Below the pieces are notes generated by a model that did not search any database, was not told the origin of the DNA, and saw only the letters and a program-made list of their open reading frames with translations. A program made the translations under genes and the position numbers. Positions 40,801-51,500 of a stretch of 64,000 nucleotides of DNA are shown here, one piece after another; position 1 is the first letter of the stretch; every line of letters starts with the position of its first letter. The stretch comes from Mizuhopecten yessoensis (lineage: Eukaryota): contig NW_018406026.1 in assembly GCF_002113885.1 (NCBI RefSeq), positions 11,859 to 75,858 of the forward strand, given 5' to 3'.

Positions 40801-41707
40801 AGGGTCATCTTATCCTCCTCTCTCTGAATCCCCTTCCCCATCTACTGCTAGAACGTGCACATGTACGTGTCCTAATATACACGTGGACAACTCACCTGCG
40901 GCCATTGACATAAAAATACAGGTAAGTCAAACGGCAGTACCTGGTAACCAAGGTACACCGTGTTATGATGTATGGAACAACGCCGTGATAGAATATCAAC
41001 GTTCAACATCATCATATTATTGTTAGTGTTTTCTCTTTAGATTAACGTATACTTTATTATTATAAAATTATATATCATATTACATTACAGTACCTTTCTT
41101 CTTAATTTATCGCACTGATGCACATTTCTACCTTGATGACAAAAAAATACACCTTTTCTTAAGTCTATTTCATAAATTTATTTCGCTAAATTGGCATCAC
41201 ATAAGATCGTAATCAGGATCTGATATCATGTAAACGAATTTTTTTGAGACCAAATTAGAATGTTTCTTAAGTTTACAGTTAAATATCAAAGTATGATCGT
41301 CATAAAAACTTTCGATTTACATATTTTTAATGTGAACTGTTTAACCAAATTAATACCGAAAGAAAATTGATGATATTGATATTTCAAGGCCATAATTTGA
41401 CGATGGCCGTTAAATACTAAACTAGAATGGTTTTTTTTATGTCATTCCTACATAGTAGTCTAATAACACTTGTACCTTTTTGAATTTTCAGAATTTGAAG
41501 AGGACACTAGCAATTAACAAGACCCAGCTGTCATCCCACATGAGGAAGTTCATAAGTGTACCGGATGGTCGTGCCTCGGCCGCGGGAATCGGGTACGTGG
41601 CCGCCGTCTTCCTTGTGCTAGTGGTCACTACTATTGCAGTGCTGGATTTGTCATCCTTACTCCAATATCTCGCCTCTGTGTGGAAATATATAAGGGAAAA
41701 AAACTAA
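25870..41707 (+). CDS. Uncharacterised multi-exon type I membrane protein (about 366 aa): signal peptide, globular ectodomain, Ser/Thr stalk, CxCxC motif, juxtamembrane segment, TM helix
   Basis: Phase-consistent exons: 25870-25936 (MVKFISALVSVTFTIETLTAST), 29084-29277, 29802-29956, 33305-33456 (GC donor), 34140-34178, 37533-37595, 40707-40921 (ETTVSPST...CTCTCP), 41492-41707 (LSSHMRKFISVPDGRASAAGIGYVAAVFLVLVVTTIAVLD...stop). TATAAATA at 25781. The exon 5 donor is ambiguous. Confidence 0.72.
26205..26785. repeat. 59-bp minisatellite, about 10 copies, in intron 1
   Basis: Unit GACATTATAATACTGGATAAACACCTGTATGACGTCTTAATGTTTACAAACAACTGTGT shifts by 1 nt per 60-nt line. Confidence 0.95.
26884..27605 (-). 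mobile_element. 5'-truncated Penelope-like element: RT-EN linker with zinc finger plus GIY-YIG endonuclease, disabled
   Basis: FVSTYNP...INSKRQPKNLKRLL...VSKCNSPRCGTC, then after a frameshift near 27175 MNCKSKNVIYAIVCVKCLVFYIGQTGRELRQRMNLH...REVKESELMKLLIPSLN. This is the VIY/YIG-T-R-H-E-LN pattern of PLE endonucleases, with a Neptune-like Zn-finger linker. Confidence 0.88.
30665..32746. repeat. 38-bp minisatellite (TTGGTTATATTGATTAGTCAGTCTACACGTCCTATTTC), about 55 copies, intronic
   Basis: Directly visible; period 38 (30665 to 30703). Confidence 0.97.
33603..33864. repeat. Three tandem copies of an 87-bp unit
   Basis: aatgt(c/t)gacag...catgtatacac starts at 33603, 33690 and 33777. Confidence 0.92.
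34927..36140. repeat. Complex minisatellite: 45-46-bp units mixed with 31-32-bp deletion variants, grading into an alternating two-unit (about 92 bp) pattern
   Basis: Core GGAATGATTCTGGTACGTATATAGCGAC recurs throughout. After about 35730, two diverged unit types alternate. Confidence 0.93.
36630..36850 (+). mobile_element. Decayed Penelope-like RT C-terminal fragment
   Basis: LSTKLIVNLPFIDSDIP and LFRYIRACYLYHEFCDSCRLLTDK...IFHGRHHE match PLE motifs IVNFPFLxSNIP / LIRYARACSxYxDF...LLTxKL...KFxGRHxEL. Confidence 0.65.
38790..40276. repeat. 34-bp minisatellite (GATATCTTTAGTGTAGGTATGTATCTAGGGAAAC, with 32-bp variants), intronic
   Basis: Directly visible; period 34 (38944 to 38978). Confidence 0.96.
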
Positions 41708-42002
41708 AAGAAAAGTATTTTATAACCGTCAGTTAGAAACATATTGACTAACACATTACCTATCACTCCGTCTACTTACAATTCATAAAGTCTGGAAAAA
41801 CTATGTATGTATTCTGTTGTTGCAGTTTGCAAAGAAATGATTCCACGCGAATATCATTTTCTGATTGGTTTTGTTCATAGCGGTCAGGATTTTAATCGAT
41901 GACCACGTTTTATTATGAATCAATAGAAAAGGGCACTTTAATACACATTGTATAACAAAAGCATTCGTGATTAATAATGAATGTGAAATGGCTAAAATGT
42001 AA

Positions 42003-42110
42003 CCTCCACAGTGCTCTGAGTGTACCCATTCGGCGGGGCTAGACCCTGGTTCAACCATGGACCTCATATTTTTAGATACTGTCGCTCTAACTGACTGACC
42101 TACCTAGTCA
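42003..42110 (-). mobile_element. Decayed tRNA-derived SINE head
   Basis: Minus strand TAGGTCAGTCAGTTAGAGCG resembles an A box (TAGCTCAGTCGGTAGAGCG), followed by a degenerate B-box region. Confidence 0.35.
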
Positions 42111-42320
42111 ACGGAACTTTGCCAGTGTTATCTAAAACGTAAAGGGAGATAGCTGTATATACGCAAAACCGGAATGCGTCGGGACAGGGATCCTTATGAT
42201 ATAGTGAAGCGTCAAACCTGGTGTGGTTTTACCAGGTTTTTATCGCAGTTGTAAATGACACATGCCTTGAAGATCCTACTGCAGACGTTGTTGCCATAGG
42301 CCACACAGTAATCCAGTGTG

Positions 42321-42386
42321 TTAGAACATTGGGCCGTTAGAACATTGGGCCCGTTAGAGCATTGGGCCGTTAGAACATTGGGCCGT
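42321..42386. repeat. Short 16-17-bp tandem repeat (TTAGAACATTGGGCCG) x4
   Basis: Directly visible. Confidence 0.85.
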
Positions 42387-43967
42387 TGTGGTATCCACAC
42401 TTGTGGTGTCCACACTGGCGACCTCTTAAGTCCGAACAAAGGACGGTTTCTTATCAAAGCTATTATGCCAATTTGGTCCTCAGAGTTCGATATTATCTCT
42501 GTCTGCATTTAAACTAATGTCGTTTACAAAGGTAAGGAGACGAGGCAAATATCTGTTGTCAGAGACATTAATAGTATTCCCTAGGAACAAATGTAGATAC
42601 ATATATAGTTAATATATAACTGACAACACAATCATAGTTATCCACTGCAAGCAATGGGCCCCAAATGAAAGTTAACAACATCTTCTTTTTTTAAACAAAA
42701 TGTCTTTATGTAATTACACTTGTGTGTTTTATTTAAATACCATTTTGACGCCATCAAGCAATACAATGACTGTAAAAATTGTAATGCATGTTAAACTGCT
42801 ATTTCAAAGATTACTCAAATGTAGAAAGAAACTGACAGGACTAATCAACTTATCATAACAGCATATTTACATGTGCGTGATATTACCACGTTTTATACAT
42901 GTCTAAACTATATTTTGATTATAGACGAAGCGCTAGAAATGCAGTCGTCCGATTTGTGACGTCACCATTAATATGACGTTATGATTGTAATGTTGGATAC
43001 TGCAGAATATTGCTTGTAGATGACTGTTCTTTCTTATTGTAATTAAACATGAAACACAATATTGTTTGTTCTATCCGTATATTGTGTTAATCATTATTTT
43101 ACATCAAAATAGAAAAATGAATTGCTTTTCTTGCCGATTGCAATGTAAGAGTTTGGTGTTCATATTTCTTTTTCCTATAATATATACCAATGATTGCCTT
43201 TGCAAGCAGTTCAGTCAATAACGGGGATTTTTCTCAGAAAATTAAACGTTAAGGCTATTTACATTTTTAACATGTAAAACGTCTTTTTATTTGTTTTTAA
43301 TAACCTTATTCTACATGTTATCTTGGAAGGCACATGGTTACTCAGATAAGATGGGTTTTTTTTATCACCAGTACAGTTCTTTATCTTACCAGAAAAACAT
43401 GATGCACTCAATATACACTATGTACGAGACATCCTGGTTATTTCGTTCACATCGGGTCATCCAAATTATATAAAGAGAAGGTTTTAACTTACTCTGCGTG
43501 TGTAGATAAGAAGAGAGGCCATTTACAAACGTTTTGCTAGGTAGGTGAGGAAACTTATTAATTTTGTTAAGACGAAAAGGAAGTCATTATGCAGACATAT
43601 ATACATATCTAGTGTTAAATTAACCTTATTGAAAGTTGATCGTAACACTCACAAACACAGTGGACTGAACCTTTAAAATCATGTCGTTCATGTTACTGTC
43701 ATTCCACTTAAGATATACTGATTATATAGAAGTTTAACTCAAACACGAACTGGCACAATTCTGGTAAGTTCAATTTATAAACGTATATACTCTACACCAT
43801 CCGAAAAATATTCACGTGAATAGAAATAAGTATGATTCAATAACGATCACAAAAGTGTTTAATATCGGTTAGCATAGGTCAAATATTAAATACTTAGATG
43901 AGGTAAGTAAATCATCTGGAGTATCTAAATTCAGAACACTTAGAGGATATTTAAGGGTGTCTTCAGC

Positions 43968-44527
43968 AATAACAAATGTATTTTACGAGTGTGTCTAAAT
44001 ATTTTAATATTATTCACGAGTGCGCAGCACGAGTGAAAAATATCAAAATATTGCCCACACGAGTTTTCTATTTATTACATTTTTCAGCATAAAACATGAA
44101 AAATGTAATGCATTAAAAAGGGCGGAAATAAGGAGCGTAATTATTAGCGCCATATCCTAATGACTTCACACTTGACGACAAGGCAGCGCGCCATTTTGAA
44201 TGGGATATTCAACACAATTCCGACGTTTTCTGCTGTTTTCTGGTATTATTGCCTATACAAATTTTATCAATTGTATATTTATGTCAATACTTAAGTGTGT
44301 GTGCCAAACATTTACCATAACAACCACTTATTCTATCGTCGCTTCATTTGAATCTGAACAAAAAATCGTTGCCTTTGAATAGAAGATACCGTTATGATTG
44401 GTCAATAACAAAAAGTGATATTTTCACACTGTGAAAATGTAACTTTTGATATTTGTCAAAATGTGAAAGATATCAGTTTTATCAAGTTGATAGAATCCGA
44501 TATTTCACTGTCAAGAATGTAATAAAT
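43968..44527. mobile_element. Possible non-autonomous DNA element with an imperfect palindrome and inverted subterminal repeats
   Basis: ttcacgagtgcgcagcacgagtgaa hairpin; atttattacatt (about 44072) is inverted relative to aatgtaataaat (about 44516). Confidence 0.35.
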
Positions 44528-45720
44528 TAACTTATAAATTTGAAATATGGTTATTGATTTAACAGACCATTACAAATTGCTTATAGATAGCCACTAGAAA
44601 CATAGAGTAAGGAAGCACTATGTATGCACATATTTCGTTTGTTGAGACAGGAACCCAAAAACGGTAAATGTTTACAGAATCGTACACCCTATGATTGTCC
44701 ATAAATCCCACTAATGTTTTAAATTTTAATTAATTTACAGAAGAATGACAACTTGGGTGTCATTTGGTAACATTGATGTTACAAAATAACATTTGTATTA
44801 ACCAATTGTCTTTTCGTTACCTATGACATGTTTGATTTTTCGTCGAGTTTTTACCTTACAACGTTGTTATAATTTATAAACTTTTTTTTCCGATACATTT
44901 CCGAATTTTTGGACCGTAGCGGTACCTCTGTATAACATTTTGCAAAAGAAATAATCCGGCACAGATACTGGTGACGAAATGGCGCCGTTTAACGACGACG
45001 ACAAGATGGAATACGTTCGCAATGTTAAGTAAAGGAAGATAATACAAACTGACTTTCCAGATAAAATAAGGAATTCAGTTTGTTGGTCAACAACATACAG
45101 AAAACTTTGTTGTTTTCCCCTCAAATTCGTTATTTCAGTATATTGCCCATTAGAGCTAAGAAAATGGTAATGAAATGATACCAGTCTGGGTTACCACTTC
45201 AGATTCAACAGTTTGGTTTCAATTCAACCCGCTGTTTGAACTTCTGTCACATTTGATATATATGTACATACAATAGTATTTTCAGCAAAATGTGATTCCT
45301 CAAAACTCATTTCTGTTCTTGGTCTCGCCTATTCCTCTAATAGTTGCCGTTGAACTTGTGACACTACAGCCAAAACCTTGTCCCATTCACCATAGATTCA
45401 TTACTATTTTCGTTAGAGTACACTTTAAACCTAAAATGTTGTATTTTGTATATTTGAGTAATTACTTAATTCAACTAAACGTAAAAAAAATATGACTATG
45501 GAGGATATTAAACGAATTCCTTGTAAACACATTATTTTACAAGCATTAGAACTACTTTTTTCCAGTATGAAACAAACAATATTGAAGCATTCAGGCTTAT
45601 GACTTATTTATTGAAAGTTACCTAGTTAATCGTTTATTCCTCTATTTCCCATCGACATCATAACGGGAAGCAGAAATTGTTTCTATCAATAAAGGGAAAG
45701 TTTTAAATTGGAAAATCGTA

Positions 45721-47466
45721 CTAATGATACATGGGAGATAATGTAGACCACGCACTAATGATACGTGGGAGATAATTTAGACCACGCACTAATGATACCT
45801 GGGAGATAATATAGACCACGCACAAATGATACATGGGAGATAATATAGACCACGAACTAATGATACATGGGAGCTAATGTAGACTACGCACTAATGATAC
45901 CTGGGGGTAATGTAGACAACGCACTAATGATACCTGGGAGATATTGTAGACCACGTACGAATGATACCTGGGGGATAATATAGACCACGCACTAATATTG
46001 TATGATTGATTAGAACGGTTGTTGAAAAAACAAATCCAATGTTCGCTGTCATTCGATGAACTTTTCATACACAAATTAACTTTCCCGCCAAAAAGAAATA
46101 TTTGTCAGAGTTCTATAGACCACGCACTAATGATACCTTGGAGATAATATAGACCACGCACTAATGATAGCTGTAGACCACGCACTAATGATACGTGGGA
46201 GATAATTTAGACCACGCCCTAATGATACCTGGGAGATAATATAGTCCACGCACTAATGATACATGGGAGCTAATGTAGACCACGCACTAATGATACCTGG
46301 GAGATAATGTAGACCACGCACTAATGATACGTGGGAGATAATGTAGACCACGCAATAATGATACCTGGGAGACAATATAGACCACGCACTAATGATGCCT
46401 GGGAGATAATATAGACCACGCTCTAATGATACCTGGGAGATAATGTAGGCCACGCACTAATGATGCCTGGGAGATAATATAGACCACGTACTAATGATAC
46501 ATGGGAGATAATATAGACCACGAACTAATGATACATGGGAGCTAATGTAGACTACGCACTAATGATACCTGGGGGTAATGTAGACCACGCACTAATGATA
46601 CGTGGGAGATAATTTAGACCACGCAATAATGATACCTGGGAGATAATATATACCACGCACTAATGATACATGGGTGATAATGTAGACCACGCACTAATGG
46701 TACATGGGAGATAATGTAGACCACGCAATAATGATACCTGGGAGATAATATATACCACGCACTAATGATACATGGGAGCTAATGTAGACCACGCACTAAT
46801 GATACATGGGAGATAATGTAGACCACGCACTAATGATACCTGGGATATAATATAGACCACGCACTAATGATACCTGGGGGTAATGTAGACCACGCACTAA
46901 TGATACCTGGGAGATAATTTAGACCACGCACTAATGATACATGGGAGATAATGTAGACCACGCACTAATGATACCTGGGAGATTATATAGACCACGCACT
47001 AATGATACCTGGGAGATAATGTAGACCACGCACTAATGCTACTTGGGAGATAATGTAGACCACGCACTAATGCTACTTGGGAGATAAATTAGACCACGCA
47101 CTAATGATACATGGGAGATAATATAGACCACGCACTATTGATACATGGGAGATAATATAGATCACGCACTAATGATACCTGAGAGATAATGTAGACCACG
47201 CACTAATGATACCTGGGAGATAATGTAGACCACGCACTAATGATACCTGGGAGATAATGTAGACTACGCACTAATGATACCTGGGAGATAATGTAGACCA
47301 CGCACTAATGATACATGGGAGATAATGTAGACCACGCACTAAGGATACATGGGAGATAATATAAACCACGCACTAATGATACATGGGAGATAATGTAGAC
47401 CACGCGCTAATGATACCTGGGAGATAATATAGACCACGAACTAATGATACGTGGGAGATAATATAG
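45721..47466. repeat. 34-bp minisatellite (CTAATGATACCTGGGAGATAATGTAGACCACGCA), about 45-48 copies, interrupted at about 46000-46112
   Basis: Period 34 (45721 to 45755). The interrupting segment duplicates the right flank at about 47470-47568. Confidence 0.96.
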
Positions 47467-47469
47467 ATT

Positions 47470-47900
47470 AAAGGTTGTTGAAAAAACAAATCCAATGTTC
47501 GCTGTCATTCGATGAACTTTTCATACACAAATTAACTTTCCCGCCAAAAAGAAATATTTGTCAGAGTTCATTGAGAATATGAAATCATGTTGTGGTACCC
47601 ATATATGGCTAAACGCAAAGATATGTTGGAGCTTGTCCAGAGAAGGGATTTAGAGATCTGTCATATCTGGAGCGGTTTAAAAGAATATAGTTTCCTGCTA
47701 AACGCTTCAGACCTACACCAGGTGCTGTGATTGAAGAAAACAAGATAACGAGTGGTGTCTTTGATCGAAATGCATCAGATTTCATGCAGCAGGACTGTTC
47801 TGAAAGACATGGTACCAGGCGCATTAAAATTATCCACACAATTCATCGAAATAAGGAAAACACTGCTTTCCTTTACATTCGATCTATACTAAAACAATAT
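47470..47900 (+). mobile_element. CR1-type LINE ORF2 relic (copy A)
   Basis: Frameshifted pieces EYEIMLWYPYMAKRKDMLELVQRR and GFRDLSYLERFKRI*FPAKRFRPTPGAVIEENKITSG match CR1 motifs LEY...VW.PY....LE.VQRRAT and L.Y.ERL..L.L..L..RR.RGDMIEVYKI. Confidence 0.72.
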
Positions 47901-48503
47901 CAATTCTTTAAGCTAGTCAGATCAAAATGAAAACCTATCAAATAATAAAACGATAAAAACATCTAGAAATTATTCAATAACAATAAATCATTAAAACTCA
48001 AAACTAAACAGACAATAATTATGTCAAAATTCAAGACTAGTCAAATTAATGTAATAACAAATCTCTAACCGAGTCAGATACAAATCAAGGGATACGATAG
48101 CAATGTGTTATCTGCTAGAAACGTCTGTTTATCTTATCTGAAGTTGTAATTACGAAATATCGGTCATTTGGACGGCGTGACCGTAGTCCTGTTTCTGAAC
48201 TACGCCAGAAAGATATACTGTCAATAAGTACACACTGAGTTGAGCACATAAAAAAGACAGAACTGAGGTCAGAAAGAAAATGCTTACATAGGCCAGCAGT
48301 TTTCTTACTAACTGTACTTGCGGGTCTGGTATACTGTTTGGTGCGTAATGCATTCAATTCAATTCAATCAAGCTTGATTGAAACCGTTGTAGTAATCTAC
48401 ATATTGATATAGTATTGTATTTGTCATTTATATTAGCAGGTTCAGAGTAATACACTTTATGATCAAAACTGGTGTTTTATTACTGATTCTTGTCGTTTCA
48501 GAT

Positions 48504-51500
48504 ATGACAATTTCCCCAGCATTCGTATTCTTTTTGGTGTTTGCTGTTTACCAAGGTATATTGATTTTTTCCAGATTTCCAGTATAACTATTGCTACGAC
48601 AAGTGTGACGTCAAGGCGTGTGAATTTTACAAATATTAGAAGAAAATATCGCAATAATTATCAGGGCAATCAATTAACAGTAAGACTTTAAATGCTTTTT
48701 ATTTGGTAGGGGAACTATTTTTGGGTATATTTTGTGAACAACGCAACAAAGGCAATCATAAAATTTACTGAGAATGATTGTGTGATGATGATAGACCTTC
48801 GGTTGATAATGTCTTTGTTGCGTCTGATTGCACGCTTTTTTAAATAGTCTATTAGCATATCCATGGAAACTAACTGTGTTACTCTCTTATCAAATTTAAA
48901 ATATATCAATACTGTGTGGTCTTTAAATAACGTTATTGACCACGTCAATTGTACATTTGAAATTGAAATCCATGACATTTCCTTGAATGTAACACCTTCT
49001 TACAATGTTAATATGTCGAAGTAAACCCGATATTTACTGGCTTTCCCCGATTATCGCGGTTCCCGTGTTAGGTGTCAATGCAGTTTGACAATTTTACACC
49101 ACGTGGTTTCGAGAGATGCCGGTTGATGAAGACTATTATTGCGAAATACGTATTCATTTAAATGATGGGTATACCGATGCTTTATTGTGTTCATCTGTTG
49201 GTTTGTTGTTTGAGTTGTCCCTACTCCTGTTCTGTCGCTGGGAGCATGACATTGCTTGAAGTTGACAAAGATTTAGGCTGATGTTGTCCATGAAACGAAA
49301 GACGCTTACCCCTCCGGAACACTCAAGTCTTACCATCATGTTACTTATTTATTTTATATTTATATTTAAAACTTGTTTCATTGGTTGTTATTTCGACTAA
49401 CGGTTTAGGTCACACTGAGATAGTCTCCTATTTTCTTTCATCAACATAGTTCAGATAATTTTGGATGGAGAAATAGGTTTACCTTGGTATGTAGAGACAT
49501 TGAAAACTTTTTTTGCAATGCGGGGAAATTACACATATTATATTTTCCAGACTGTGAACCCTACATTTCGTTTAATACTTATCTTTCTGAAAAGTCAAAA
49601 CACTTTGTCATCAGTTTATCCACTTTTAACTTATCTGAACATGGCATAACTAGGTCTCATTTATCATTTTGCAGTTGATGTTTCTGCTCTATTTTTAGTT
49701 CAAATACAGAAATATTTATTTTCATCGGAGTGAAAAATAACAGCCATTTTTAAATCTTATAATCCTCTAAGTTGCAGTGATGTATTGTTATAATTTCCCT
49801 GAAAAATAAACCTGTTATATTTATCGACTTCAGTGCCAATTTTAATCTGTATTATATTTATCCATTTCATTTTTGAGGAAGAAACAACAAATGTTTAACA
49901 ATGTTCTACGTTGTCTGTTATGTACCAGCATCGGGTGAGGTAAATACTACAGTAGCCACATGTGGTGACGTTCATCCCGACTGTCAGTCTTATGGTAAAG
50001 TCGTGTGCGATAGTATTAGGTATCAACCTTGGGCCAGGATAAATTGCGCCAAGTTCTGTAGTTTCTGTGGTAAGTAAAATATATATTACGAACTGTACAA
50101 CATACAATAAAGGCACGAGAGAAATGATTATCTCTATCCAATTTCTACCCTATGTCTCACTCTGGCTAGAACAAAGTGTTCAAAATTGGTATCTTGAACA
50201 ATTTCTAACAAAATATTGGCTGGTCATGACCGCTTTTTCCATGTGCTAACAGGGTCTAGTACAGGCCGAATCAATCTTTACCCAGAGTTGCCCTTCCTTA
50301 CACTCGGTAACAGTAAAGAATGACAACTCCGGGTAGAGATTGATGATGAACAAGATTTTTGCGGCATGCCATAAATAACTCTTAAATCGCAGTTGCACGA
50401 TTTTTCCTTACTCAAGCAAATTTCTTAAAGTAACTGTGCCACAATCTTTTGTAATAACTGTGGTAATTAAATTTAATAAATAGCTTAAATATTTTGGTAT
50501 GAAAAGATTAAAACATCGAATTACTTAAATCTTAATCAGAAATAAGCGTGCGAAGCCTTTTCCTAATTTCTACTTTTGTCACCAGGCGCAGGATTTAAGC
50601 AATGATTACGTTATAAAGATGTATAAGCGAATTTACGAAATGTCACGAAAGCAGAACACAAATATCGAATGGCGACTATGTCACAATAAACATTTCTTCA
50701 TATTAATTAATAATGATCCATTACGTCTCTTGGTATGCTGAACGACTTACTAGTTCACTCATGAAGAAGCATTAGCAAAAAATGAAAAATCGTTATAGCA
50801 GAGGAATCGTGCCGAAATTTGACATGAAATAATATCCTTTTGAAGAGGGCCCATTGAGACATGCGTGACATTATTTAAGTCATCGAATTCTAAGCGGTAC
50901 GTAGGGAAAAAAAATTAAATTCGTTCTTTCTATTTTCTTTCATCTCTTTGACGTGTTTTACGCCCTGAATGTGATTTTACGAAAAATTATGGATTTTTGC
51001 TTTGAACGAAAAAATAAGAAATGCCAGTTTGCCCTGCTGATAAGAAAGAGCGAAGGCTAGCGACACGGTAAAATTTAACTGAAGATTAGTCATAGGAAAG
51101 CATTACTGGCGTGAAAAGGAAATCAATCGTATATTTAAAATTTCTCTTAACTCATATGGAAAAAGTTAAGCTACATTCGTGAAACTATGGCAAGGGTTTA
51201 AAGGTGAATCCCTTAGTAGACAATACACACACACATATGTTGCTCATGCAATTTCATACACGATATGTATACCTTCTAAAATTCTTATAACAAAGCCGCT
51301 GTCTTATTCTGATGGAGACATTTGAACAGAAAGAACTTTATTCTTATTTTAAATATTCAATACATAAATTATTACAATTCTTTCATAATTGTTGCGAACA
51401 AAATGATTTTTTTACAATATTCATAATTATACTTTTGCATATAGTTGTATATAATTGCCTTCCGTTTCATATATATTTCAACAATGTATCCATTGAAAGT

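Noticed and set aside
49154-49339. ORF conserved between duplicates (also 58185-58370)
   Set aside because: Conservation reflects the recent duplication. It is antisense intronic sequence resembling a retroelement-derived repeat.
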